A stretch of 63,599 nt of DNA from Planctomycetales bacterium. GTDB lineage: Bacteria > Planctomycetota > Planctomycetia > Pirellulales > S012-138. The number at the start of each line of letters is the position of its first letter. Positions within the stretch are counted from its first letter, which is position 1. The position numbers and the translations under genes were made by a program. Shown one piece after another: positions 35,946-47,149 of the stretch. The stretch spans positions 1 through 63,599 of the forward strand of contig WFOE01000064.1 in NCBI GenBank assembly GCA_015488215.1, given 5' to 3'. The notes beneath the pieces were generated by a model that saw only the letters and a list, made by a program, of their open reading frames with translations, did not search any database and was not told the DNA's origin.

Positions 35946-36428
35946 TCAGTTCCCTTCGGCGGCCGTCGAGGGGTCGGCTGAAGAACAATCCTGCCGTTCC
36001 ATCTGGGAGATTTTTTCCACCCGGCGCGCGTGCCTTCCGCCTTCGAATGGGGTTTCCAGCCAGATTTTCAGCATCCGTTGCACCACTTGTTCGTTGAGCA
36101 TCTCGCCGGAAAGGCACAGCACGTTGGCATCATTGTGGCGGCGGCTCAGTTCGGCGGTCAGTTCGTCGTGGCAGGGAGCCGCCCGCACCCCGGCTACCTT
36201 GTTGGCCGCGATGCACATCCCCAACCCCGTGCCGCAGATAAGCACGCCACGGTCCACTTCGCCGTTTTGCACCAGGCAGGCCACCTGGCGGGCGATGTCG
36301 GGATAATCGACGCTTTCGGTGCCGTGAGTGCCCACGTCGCGCACCTGGTGCCCCCATTGTTGCAGCAGTTCCACAATGGTGCTCTTGAGCCGCACGCCTC
36401 GGTGGTCGCTTCCCACGGCAATTCGCAT
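35946..36428 (-). CDS. rpiB: Ribose-5-phosphate isomerase B
   Basis: MRIAVGSDHRG..., ICGTGLGM and RRHNDANVL are hallmark RpiB/LacAB motifs. AAGGAG lies upstream of the ATG. Confidence 0.93.
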   Translation of the reverse strand: MRIAVGSDHRGVRLKSTIVELLQQWGHQVRDVGTHGTESVDYPDIARQVACLVQNGEVDRGVLICGTGLGMCIAANKVAGVRAAPCHDELTAELSRRHNDANVLCLSGEMLNEQVVQRMLKIWLETPFEGGRHARRVEKISQMERQDCSSADPSTAAEGN

Positions 36429-36582
36429 TCAGGGGACTCCTTGTTTTTGACGGCGTCCATTGTGAAAAAGCCACCTCGGTCTGACAACTCCCTCCCTTTC
36501 CCGGACGGGGCCGTGGCTCCCGAATGACACTAGCTGGAGAGACGTCTTTTCCCAGCCCGGGGCCTCTTGTTCCGAGGGTGGT

Positions 36583-37752
36583 CTACTCCGGCGGAGGCGA
36601 CGGCTCGGGTAGCCGCAGCGATTGGGCCTCCTGGGCCACCTTCTCCACCCAGGGTTCCAGACAACGCTGGATCTGGTCCGCACAGCGCTGATAGGCTTCC
36701 AGCGGTCCGCCGATGGGGTCGGCCACGTCCTCTTGGCCACAAAGCAGAAAGGTGCGCGGGGCTACTTCCGGCCAGTGTTCCACCAGGGCGTGGCGATGGG
36801 CCTGGGTCATCGTCAGCAGCAAATCGGCATGGCGGGCCAGTTGTTCGCTCAGGGGTTGGGATTCGTGTCCCTGGAGGGCAATGCCCCGTTGCCGCAGGGT
36901 TTCCACCGCTTCGGGACTGGCCGGCGCCCCGGCCGCGGCCGCCACACCGGCGCTGAAGACCAGCACGCCGCGGTCTTCCAACTCCTCGGGCGAACAGCCC
37001 AGCCGCCGGGCCAGCAAGTGACGGAACAGGTGTTCGGCCATCGGGCTGCGGCACGTGTTGCCCGTGCATACGAACACCACGATAATCGAAGCCAAGCGGC
37101 GCACCGTGCCGGCCGAAACCACGCCTTCGCGCAGTAGTTTGACTTCCGGTGGCGAGTTGAACACCCGCACCACTGTCGAAGGGCGTCCGTAGCGGCACGG
37201 TCCGTCGTCCAGCACCAGATGGATGCGGTCGCCCATGCTCCGCAGCACGTCCTGGCCCGTCACCGCGTCCGGCTGGCCGTGCAAGTTGGCGCTGGTCAGC
37301 ACCAGAGGGCCGGCCAGCAATTGCATCACTTCCAGGATGAGCTGGTGGGCCGGCACGCGCAGGCCCACGGTCTTTTCCGGCACCACGGCCCGGAACACAC
37401 TCTCGGGCAGGTGGTTGAGCAGGCTTTCCGGGTGGCGGTCGTCCACCACCAGGGTAACCGGCCCGGGCCAGCAGCGTCGGGCCAGACGTTGGGCCACCGG
37501 AGAAAGATCGGGCACGTAGTCCCAGACTTCCTGGTAACCTTTGATAGCCAGGGCTAGGGCGTGTCCCTGGGGACGGTCCTTGGCTTGCAGCAGGTGATCC
37601 ACCGCGTCGGCCCGCAAGGCACTGGCGGCCAGGCCGTACACGGTTTCGGTGGGAAAGGCCACCACGCCCCCCTCGGCCAGCACCTGTACCGTCTGGTGGA
37701 CAACGTCCCGGAAATCTTCTTCTTGTTTCAGATGAATAACTGCCGCGGGCAT
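36583..37752 (-). CDS. tsaC: Fusion: L-threonylcarbamoyladenylate synthase (TsaC/YwlC, Sua5_YciO_YrdC domain) + low-molecular-weight protein phosphatase (YwlE-like)
   Basis: ATG at 37752 within ORF 36583..37932. N-terminal half: VVAFPTETVYGLAA, LTSAN. C-terminal half: P-loop VCTGNTCRS (C-x5-R-S), beginning near 37080. Confidence 0.85.
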   Translation of the reverse strand: MPAAVIHLKQEEDFRDVVHQTVQVLAEGGVVAFPTETVYGLAASALRADAVDHLLQAKDRPQGHALALAIKGYQEVWDYVPDLSPVAQRLARRCWPGPVTLVVDDRHPESLLNHLPESVFRAVVPEKTVGLRVPAHQLILEVMQLLAGPLVLTSANLHGQPDAVTGQDVLRSMGDRIHLVLDDGPCRYGRPSTVVRVFNSPPEVKLLREGVVSAGTVRRLASIIVVFVCTGNTCRSPMAEHLFRHLLARRLGCSPEELEDRGVLVFSAGVAAAAGAPASPEAVETLRQRGIALQGHESQPLSEQLARHADLLLTMTQAHRHALVEHWPEVAPRTFLLCGQEDVADPIGGPLEAYQRCADQIQRCLEPWVEKVAQEAQSLRLPEPSPPPE

Positions 37753-38083
37753 CGTGATCCCAAAGTCGCTGGGCACAGCCGAAGGAGAATGGCCACCGTG
37801 GGGCAACGCTGCCCGATTCCGACGGGCTGCACGCCGTAGCCTCTCATCATAGTTTTCCCTCACAGGGCGAACAAGCAGCCAGAACGCCAGCTTGTTTCCC
37901 CGCTGGTGGTCCCTTTCGAGGACGGCACACAAAGTCGTTTGACACAGGAGTTTGGCATACCTGAGAAACTGTACCGGCGGGGATTGCCCGTTCTTCGGCG
38001 AGGAAAACAGAGCAGGAAAGATGCCTGCCCAACCTCAGGCGGCGTCCCAACCTCGGGGCGGAAATCTGCATTCTGCGGAGGTG

Positions 38084-38839
38084 CTATTTGGGCTGTTTGG
38101 GCCGCAGTTGCAACAGCACGTTTTCGGCCCCTGTGCCGGGGGTTGGATAGGTTTCCAGCCGCCGCAGTTGCAGATGTAGGATGAGCCTGCGTTCGCGCGC
38201 TTTTTTCCTCTCTTCCAGCCAGCGGGGACCTTTGAGCACAAGTATCCGCTGAAACGCCCCCCAGTACGGGTTGAACCACTCCAGCAACACGTCCAGCCGG
38301 GCTACTGCGCGAATCACCAACGTGTCGAACGCTTCGCCCTGTTCCAGCAGCCGTTGGGCCTTCTGGTGCCGAACCGGAAGCTGCAAGCCGAGCCGGCGGC
38401 AGATGTCCTGCACAGCCCGAACTTTCTTGGCCGTGCTGTCCACCAAGGTCAGACGCAAATCGGGGCGGACGATGGCTAGGATTACACCGGGCACCCCGCC
38501 GCCGGTACCCACATCCAGCACCTGCTCCCCCTGGTCCAGATGTCTGGCAAAGGCCAGGGAATCGACCACGTCGCGGCTGACGAACTTTTCGTAGGTGGTG
38601 TGCCGGGTAAGATTCAGCCGCTGGTTCCATTCCCACAACAAATGGCAGTATTGCAGCAGGCGTTCCTGTTGGGGTTCGGGCAACGAAACCCCGCACGATT
38701 CCAATGTGCGACGAAACGCCTGGGCATCGGGGAGCTGCGGGGAAGGAGAACCCGCAGGCGGGGCAGGTTCGGGCTGGGAATGCTCGGCTCGGGAAGCGGG
38801 CATGGCAATGTGGCGATTTGGGGCCGGGAAATCAAACAT
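38084..38839 (-). CDS. rsmG: 16S rRNA (guanine527-N7)-methyltransferase
   Basis: GidB-like: NLTRHTTYEKF, and the SAM motif VLDVGTGGGVPG. It has an N-terminal extension of about 40 aa. The alternative start is 38803. Confidence 0.88.
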   Translation of the reverse strand: MFDFPAPNRHIAMPASRAEHSQPEPAPPAGSPSPQLPDAQAFRRTLESCGVSLPEPQQERLLQYCHLLWEWNQRLNLTRHTTYEKFVSRDVVDSLAFARHLDQGEQVLDVGTGGGVPGVILAIVRPDLRLTLVDSTAKKVRAVQDICRRLGLQLPVRHQKAQRLLEQGEAFDTLVIRAVARLDVLLEWFNPYWGAFQRILVLKGPRWLEERKKARERRLILHLQLRRLETYPTPGTGAENVLLQLRPKQPK

Positions 38840-39196
38840 CGCTTGCCTTCAACTGACACGACCCGCCCCGGCATGTCAACGAGCCCCTTGGAGAAGCCCT
38901 GGGCCAAGCCCCGCTTCCGCCGTCGGGTGAGTGTTAGCCCGGGTACTGAAGTCTGTCGCTGGTTTCCTGCGGGCGGGTGGTGTTTTGGTTGCATGTAACC
39001 TCGGACAAGAAACGCACTTATGGCCTACAATCTGGCTGGCGCCGTTTGCTCCCAACAACGGGGCTCCCCAGCCCCACATGCTGCAGCCGAAGGAGGCCTT
39101 CCCCCCGCTGATTCAGCCATCTGGCAGAACCTTTTTTCTAGCCAGCGGTGGGCTTTTCTCCTGACGGTTGGGTGGTTACAATGCCAACAAGCAGTT

Positions 39197-39271
39197 CGGG
39201 GCGTAGCTCAGCCTGGCTAGAGCGCTACGTTCGGGACGTAGAGGTCGCTGGTTCAAATCCAGTCGCCCCGA
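39197..39271 (+). tRNA. tRNA-Pro (anticodon CGG)
   Basis: Hand-folded cloverleaf. Acceptor CGGGGCG/CGCCCCG, D arm GCTC-AGCCTGGCTA-GAGC, anticodon arm CTACG-TTCGGGA-CGTAG, T arm GCTGG-TTCAAAT-CCAGT, discriminator A. CCA is not encoded. Confidence 0.9.
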
Positions 39272-39292
39272 CTTGAGCCAACCCCGGCTTTT

Positions 39293-39328
39293 CCCCGCAC
39301 CGTTCCTGCGGTAGCGGGGTGCTTTTTT
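39293..39328 (+). terminator. Rho-independent terminator after tRNA-Pro
   Basis: CCCCGCACCG-TTCCTG-CGGTAGCGGGG (one bulge) followed by TGCTTTTTTG. Confidence 0.7.
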
Positions 39329-39365
39329 GCGCCGGGGGAGACGGAAATGCCTGAAAACCAACCGG

Positions 39366-40406
39366 TTACGAGCTCACCCGTAGCGGCTCGCGTTGATGCT
39401 GGGCGGCCAGTTGCGCAGCCAGCAGCACCGCCTGGCGGAGACTCTCTCCCTGGGCTTTGCCTTGCCAGGCGATGTCCAGGGCCGTGCCGTGATCGACCGA
39501 AGTGCGGATGATTGGCAGCCCCAGCGTCAGGTGGACTGCGTCTTCGAAGGCCAGGGCCTTGAGAGCAATGAGCCCCTGGTCGTGATACATGCAAACGATG
39601 GCGTCCAGCTCACGGCGCCGCTGGGGGATGAAAGCGGTATCGGGGGGCAGAGGGCCCTGCACATGCAGGCCCATCTCGCGAGCCGTTTCGATAGCCGGAA
39701 CGATTAGCTCTTCTTCTTCGCGGTAGCCGAACAGTCCATGCTCTCCCGCGTGCGGATTCAGCCCACACACGCCCAGCAGCGGCTCCCGCCCACGTAGGAC
39801 ACGCATCACCTGGGCCGTAAGCCCGATGGCTTCCACGATCCGCGGTATCGACAAAGCCTGGGGCACATCGCGGTAGCCCACATGCCCGGTCACCAGGCTG
39901 ACGCACAACTGGGGCGAGACGAACATCATGTACGCCGCTTCGACGGCGGTCCGAGCGGCCAGCAGTTCCGTGTGCCCCGGATAGGGGATGCCGGCCTGAT
40001 TCATGGCTTCCTTGTGAATCGGGCCGGTGGCCAGGGCGTGGGCATGCCCTTTCAGGGCCGCCCAGATTGCCGCGTCCACGTAAGCGTAGGCGGCGTGCCC
40101 GGTGCGGCGGTCCACTTGTCCCGGATTCAGTTCCCGGGCCGAAATCGCCCGCAGGTCGATCACCGTGGGCTGCTGGGGCACGGTGGGCCGTTTGCGCCAT
40201 TGGGTCCACGGGATTACCTGGGCGTTAAAGGGACGACGTTGTTCTTCGGCCACGCGTTGCAACACCTCGGCATCGCCAAAGACCACCGGCACGCAGCAGG
40301 CGTCCACTTGCGGATCGTTGAGAATCCGCAGGGCCAGCTCCGGGCCTACGCCGGCCGGATCCCCCATCGTAACGGCCACAACCGGACGTTCAACAGCAGC
40401 AGACAT
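39366..40406 (-). CDS. pdxA: 4-hydroxythreonine-4-phosphate dehydrogenase
   Basis: ATG at 40406 (MSAAVERPVVAVTMGDPAGVGPE...), HTE, and LNPHAGE motifs. Confidence 0.9.
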   Translation of the reverse strand: MSAAVERPVVAVTMGDPAGVGPELALRILNDPQVDACCVPVVFGDAEVLQRVAEEQRRPFNAQVIPWTQWRKRPTVPQQPTVIDLRAISARELNPGQVDRRTGHAAYAYVDAAIWAALKGHAHALATGPIHKEAMNQAGIPYPGHTELLAARTAVEAAYMMFVSPQLCVSLVTGHVGYRDVPQALSIPRIVEAIGLTAQVMRVLRGREPLLGVCGLNPHAGEHGLFGYREEEELIVPAIETAREMGLHVQGPLPPDTAFIPQRRRELDAIVCMYHDQGLIALKALAFEDAVHLTLGLPIIRTSVDHGTALDIAWQGKAQGESLRQAVLLAAQLAAQHQREPLRVSS

Positions 40407-40690
40407 GGCACCCTCGGCCTCATCGAGCATTCCCCACACAGGCAAACGCCCGCTTGGGGACCGTATCCTGGCAGCGCAGTATGCCAGAAGGAGAGAGCAA
40501 ATACGATACCCAATCCGGACCGGGCAGGTTCCTTTTCCATTGCCGCACGTTATTTTACAGCGTGTGTCCAAACCTTCCGGTGTCGCACCAAATCCTTGAG
40601 CGTGAGCGTGGTATCTCCAGCCGGAAGTTTTGCGACAGCCTCATCGAGCGATGCGCAAAACACAGGCTCCGGTGCGGTTTGCCGGCGAGA

Positions 40691-41620
40691 TTACTTTCGT
40701 GGCTTTTCGGCTTCTCCTTTTTTGCTATTTCGGCCTCGGCGTTTGGCTTCGGCCCGTAGCATTTCTAGCCACGCTTTGGCGGCCCCGCTCAAAAAGCGGT
40801 GCTTGTGCCACAGAACCACAAGCGTCCGCCGCGGCGAGCTGCCCGAGAGACGCCGATACACCACCCGCGGATCGTCCTGGGCCTGGGCGGCCATCTGCGG
40901 CACCAGCGACACGCCGTGGCCCAAGGCCACCATCTGCTGCACGGTGAGCAGTTGGGCGCTGCGGCAACAGACAAGCGGCGTGTACGCCTGGCGATTGCAA
41001 AACTCGACAATCTGTTCGCCCAGACAGTGCATCTCGTCCAGCAGAATGAATGGCTCCTTGGCCAGATCGCGCACGGTGACTTTGCTTTTGGTCGCCAACG
41101 GGTGGTCCTTGGGCACGGCCAGCAACAGCGGTTCGCTCCACAGTGGTTCCATGTTCAACTGGTCGTGCTTGACCGGCAGGGCCATGATGGCCAGGTCCAG
41201 CTCTCCCTGGGCGCAGCGAGTGAGCAGGTGGTCGGTCAGGTCTTCTTCGATGGCAAGTTCCGCCTGGGGATACTCCTGTTGGAACCGCTGCACCAGCTCG
41301 GGCAGCAAGTAGGGGGCCATCGTGGGAATGGCTCCGACGATTACCCGGCCCATCCCCTGCCCGGAAACTTCTTCCACTTCGTGCTGCGCCTGCTGGGCCA
41401 GTTGGAGGATGTGTTGGGCTTTTTCGTACAGCACGCGACCCGCCTCGGTCAGTTCCACCCGCCGGCCCAGACGCTGGAACAACGGCTGGCCCAGTTCGCG
41501 TTCCAGCTTCTGGATTTGCTGGCTCAGCGTGGGCTGGGTTACCAGGCAGCGTCGAGCCGCCCGAGTGAAGCTCCCCTCCTGGGCCACGGCGACGAAGTAC
41601 TCCAGTTGATACAGTTCCAT
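40691..41620 (-). CDS. oxyR: LysR-family regulator, OxyR-like
   Basis: wHTH domain (LEYFVAVAQEGSFTRAARRCLVTQPTLSQQIQKLE). HCLGEQIVEFC has the H-C-x8-C spacing of the OxyR redox pair. ATG at 41620 is preceded by AGGTGG. It is divergent from a peroxidase gene. Confidence 0.75.
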   Translation of the reverse strand: MELYQLEYFVAVAQEGSFTRAARRCLVTQPTLSQQIQKLERELGQPLFQRLGRRVELTEAGRVLYEKAQHILQLAQQAQHEVEEVSGQGMGRVIVGAIPTMAPYLLPELVQRFQQEYPQAELAIEEDLTDHLLTRCAQGELDLAIMALPVKHDQLNMEPLWSEPLLLAVPKDHPLATKSKVTVRDLAKEPFILLDEMHCLGEQIVEFCNRQAYTPLVCCRSAQLLTVQQMVALGHGVSLVPQMAAQAQDDPRVVYRRLSGSSPRRTLVVLWHKHRFLSGAAKAWLEMLRAEAKRRGRNSKKGEAEKPRK

Positions 41621-41750
41621 AACGGCCACCTATGCGCACTATCCAATCATTCGATTTCTAAACAGAGGACGACCGGCCTAGGATGCAAGCGTGCCAGGGA
41701 AGAAGTGCCAGAGGGATTGTACCGTTTCCCCCCATCGAAGGAGAAGGACC

Positions 41751-43184
41751 ATGAAACGACCACTTTCCCCACGAAGACACCGCTGGCCGGTCTTGTTGTT
41801 TCTGGCCGCTGCGGGGCTGGGCTACGCGGCCTGGGACGCCGGAGCCGAACCGGCGCAGAATCCCCCGCCGCCCAAAGAACGCACTAGCTACGCTCCCGTG
41901 GCCGTAACCGAACCGTTCGAGTCGATTGTGGCCCGCATGTCCGCAGCCAAGCCGCGAGTGATGCGGGCCCACCGCGAGCTGCTGGCCGAACGTTACGATC
42001 TGAGCAATCGGCCCGTGCCCGGTGTGACCATGAGCCGCGGCAAGCCGGTCCAAGGCGGCGTGCGGGTGAAACTGCCCCCGGGGGTGACCTGGGACGATCT
42101 GGCCCGAATGAAACCTGAAGAAATCCGCCGCCGCGGGCTGTGGCCCAAGGGCTTCCTGCCCCTGCCGCACCCGAATCACAGCGAAGGGGGCATGTTGTTT
42201 CCCAAACACCACATCGAAGAGCTGAAGCGCCAGACCGGACGCGACTTGACCCGATTCGACCTGGACTTCGATCTGCCCGAACACCTGCTGCCCGAGTTCC
42301 CCCCGCCGATCTACCTGACCACGCGCCCGGACCTGGGCGACGTGTCCCAGGGAAAGCTGGTGACGCTGAACAACTATTACGAACTGTTCAGCGGCATCCT
42401 GAACCCGAAGCAACTGGAAGGGCTGCGGCTGCTGGTCACTCCGTTCCCGCAACAGCAGTTCAACGCCACGGAAGACCGGCGTTCGCTCAAGCCGCACCGG
42501 GGCGTGGCCTGTTTCGACTGCCACGTCAACGGGCACACCAACGCCGCCACGCACCTGGTGGGGGACATCCGCCCGCAGGCGTTTCGCCACCGGATCGACA
42601 CGCCGAGCCTGCGCGGGGTGAACATCCAGCGGCTGTTCGGCTCGCAGCGGGCGCTGAAGACGGTGGAAGACTTCACCGAGTTTGAGCAACGGGCCGCCTA
42701 CTTCGACGGCGATCCGGTCATCGCCACCAAAAAGGGCGTCAACGTGCTGGAACGCGGCAGCCAAGTGCACTTCATGGCCGAGTTCCAGGCGCTGCTGGAC
42801 TTTCCGCCGGCGCCGAAGCTCCGCTGGGACGGCAAGCTCGATCCGGAAAAAGCCACCCCGGCCGAGCTGCGCGGCCAGGAGCTGTTCTTCGGCAAAGCCA
42901 AGTGTGGCGTGTGCCACCCGGCCCCCTACTACACCGACAACCTGATGCACAACCTGCGCACCGAGCGGTTCTACAAGCCGCAGTGGGTCGGCGGTCGCTG
43001 GGCTGCCGGCGACGGGCCGATCAAGACGTTTACGCTGCGGGGGATCAAAGACTCGCCGCCTTACCTGCACGACGGGCGGCTGCTTACGCTGGAAGACACC
43101 GTGGAGTTCTTCAACCTGGTGCTGGAGCTGAAGCTCACCGCCCAGGAAAAAGCCGACCTGGTGGCGTTCCTCCGCTGCTTGTAA
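41751..43184 (+). CDS. Di-haem cytochrome c peroxidase / MauG-family protein
   Basis: ATG at 41751 preceded by GGAGAAGG. Signal-like N-terminus. Two CxxCH sites (CFDCH, CGVCH). Confidence 0.8.
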   Translation: MKRPLSPRRHRWPVLLFLAAAGLGYAAWDAGAEPAQNPPPPKERTSYAPVAVTEPFESIVARMSAAKPRVMRAHRELLAERYDLSNRPVPGVTMSRGKPVQGGVRVKLPPGVTWDDLARMKPEEIRRRGLWPKGFLPLPHPNHSEGGMLFPKHHIEELKRQTGRDLTRFDLDFDLPEHLLPEFPPPIYLTTRPDLGDVSQGKLVTLNNYYELFSGILNPKQLEGLRLLVTPFPQQQFNATEDRRSLKPHRGVACFDCHVNGHTNAATHLVGDIRPQAFRHRIDTPSLRGVNIQRLFGSQRALKTVEDFTEFEQRAAYFDGDPVIATKKGVNVLERGSQVHFMAEFQALLDFPPAPKLRWDGKLDPEKATPAELRGQELFFGKAKCGVCHPAPYYTDNLMHNLRTERFYKPQWVGGRWAAGDGPIKTFTLRGIKDSPPYLHDGRLLTLEDTVEFFNLVLELKLTAQEKADLVAFLRCL

Positions 43185-43252
43185 GGCTCCGGGGGCAAGC
43201 GACCACCGTGGCACTCCTTGCCCGGAAGCAAGTTCCCTGCACCTCCGTGCGG

Positions 43253-43280
43253 CAAGCCGCCGAGGCGACTCGGCGGCTTG
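43253..43280 (+). terminator. 12-bp perfect hairpin with GCGA loop between peroxidase and CehA-like genes (possible attenuator/terminator)
   Basis: CAAGCCGCCGAG-GCGA-CTCGGCGGCTTG, read directly. It is followed by TTGCTTGC, with no clean U-tract. Confidence 0.35.
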
Positions 43281-43399
43281 TTGCTTGCATGCTTGCCCGC
43301 GGCGCGGCACGATGAACCCTGTCGCCGGCCGGCCTGCCCGCGGGAAAACGCAGGCGGGCGGTTCTTTGGCCCCCCCGAGAGGTGCAGGAGATTGGAACG

Positions 43400-45694
<2,295 letters not shown>

Positions 45695-45751
45695 CTGCGC
45701 TATCCCGGGACTGGCGATTCTATAAATCAGCGATTATTCGCACATTGCAGC

Positions 45752-45836
45752 AGAAGCTCCCGCATACGGCGCAAGCCGCAAGCTGATTCTTGCCCGGAGC
45801 GGAAGCTCCTGCTCAAGACGCAAGACCTCTCTATGG
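45752..45836 (+). repeat. Intergenic repeat, family R1, copy b (2 x CAAGACN)
   Basis: AGAAGCTCC..ACGGCGCAAGCCGCAAGCTGATTCTTGCC..GCGGAAGCTCCTGCTCAAGACGCAAGACCTCTCTATG. Confidence 0.8.
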
Positions 45837-45890
45837 AGCGGCTCGTCGGGCTCCGTGTCATCTGGCTGCCCAAAGCCGATTGCTATCCGC

Positions 45891-46118
45891 TTAGGACTCG
45901 AACTGGCAACGCCCTTGTCCGCACTGGGGCAAGCCGCAACCGCCGGTGCTTGGCGGTGGGCAGATGGGAAGCGAGCTGCGCGTATGGGCCGCGGGCACGC
46001 TCGGCAGCCGCTGCAACTGCTCGTTGCCGCACCGGGGGCAGGCGGGTTGCTGCTGGCCGCGAAGCAACAGCTCGAACTCGTTCTGGCAGCGCGGGCAGTG
46101 GTATTCGTAAATGGGCAT
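45891..46118 (-). CDS. FmdB-family zinc-ribbon putative regulatory protein
   Basis: MPIYEYHCPRCQNEFE...CPRCG is the CxxC_CxxC_SSSS signature. C-terminal Cys/Gly/Pro tail. Confidence 0.8.
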   Translation of the reverse strand: MPIYEYHCPRCQNEFELLLRGQQQPACPRCGNEQLQRLPSVPAAHTRSSLPICPPPSTGGCGLPQCGQGRCQFES

Positions 46119-46286
46119 CGGGAAACGGCTCCCTCGCTAAGGTCTCTCTTGGATCGGCCCCAAACAATCTGCCTGATTCGTGCGGGCAGGGAGCCCCTAA
46201 GCAGGTCGGACGTCGTGCCGGCCCTTGCCACAGGGGCCGGAGGTTCTCACTGGCTGCTTGCTGTCCTCATTATAGCCTTCGTCCCG

Positions 46287-46931
46287 TTACGGGTTGAGTC
46301 CCGGCGGAGGCCAGCTTTCCCGCGCATGGTATACGTAACAGGGCCACCACTGGCCCTGAATCCGTGCCGGGATGAGCACGCGCAGATAGCTGCTCCCTTC
46401 GAACGAATCGATCTCGGGCCAGTGCTCGGGCAGATGGGCGGAGCAGAAGACTTGCACGGAGAGCACAGGCTGCTCCGGGGACCAGGAGAGGTAGGGAATC
46501 ACGCCCCACCAGTCCAGGTGTCCGCGAATCGTGGCCGGAAGCCAGCGGCCGGGAATCTCTTCCACCACCCAGTGATTGCACTCGCCGGGGGCCAGTGTGC
46601 CGTAAACGACCAGGCGGTGCTCGGGATGGGCCAGCAATTCTTGAGCCTGGCGCCAGAGTTCGGCGAGCGGTTGTTCCTTTTCGGGAGAGTCAGCCCCGGG
46701 GGCGTGCTGGAGGGGGCGAGGCGGATGGGCCAGATGGGTTCCCGGGTCGGCGAGCGGGCGGGCGCCCCAACTGCGCGCCTGGCGGAGCAACAGCGGCAGT
46801 CGTTCCCGTTGTGCTTCGGCCGAAGCGTGCAGCAACGCTCCCAACTCAATCAACCAGGGCAGGAACCGTTCCGGGCCGGCGGCTTCCCACCAGGGAGCCT
46901 TTGCATCAGGTGCGGCGTGTTCCGATTCCAT
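46287..46931 (-). CDS. Gamma-glutamylcyclotransferase-like (AIG2/GGACT fold) protein with an N-terminal extension of about 100 aa
   Basis: ATG at 46931 within ORF 46287..47147. The C-terminal half has VVYGTLAPGECNHWVV..., typical of GGCT-like proteins. Confidence 0.55.
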   Translation of the reverse strand: MESEHAAPDAKAPWWEAAGPERFLPWLIELGALLHASAEAQRERLPLLLRQARSWGARPLADPGTHLAHPPRPLQHAPGADSPEKEQPLAELWRQAQELLAHPEHRLVVYGTLAPGECNHWVVEEIPGRWLPATIRGHLDWWGVIPYLSWSPEQPVLSVQVFCSAHLPEHWPEIDSFEGSSYLRVLIPARIQGQWWPCYVYHARESWPPPGLNP

Positions 46932-47149
46932 TGAAGCGTGCCCGATACCAGGTTTGCCAAGCAACCGTGGCGCGCTTTTGGGATTGTGGCCCGCCCCGTG
47001 GCTCTGAGCAATAGCCTCGCTGGAATCGGGCGGGTACACTGGTTGGAAAACACGACTCTTTTGCTCAGGCTCTTGCGGAACGGTGTGGCGGCCGGTGCCG
47101 GGCTCGAAACAGGGGCGTCCAGCCGCGCAGGCGAAGGGACCCAGCAACG

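Noticed and set aside
39177-39182. TACAAT 14 nt upstream of the tRNA-Pro 5' end, considered as a -10 box.
   Set aside because: It is plausible, but I could not find a -35 element at acceptable spacing, and promoter consensus for this lineage is uncertain. It is not reported as a feature.
39197-40690. tRNA-Pro as an integration site for a genomic island or prophage.
   Set aside because: There is no integrase. I could see no duplicated tRNA 3' fragment. The flanking genes (rsmG, pdxA, oxyR-like) are housekeeping with the same composition as the rest.
45855-46934. 359-aa plus-strand ORF spanning the FmdB and GGCT-like loci.
   Set aside because: It overlaps two minus-strand genes that carry clear family signatures (CxxC_CxxC_SSSS; YGTLxxGxxN). 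Its own product is low-complexity and starts inside R1 copy b.
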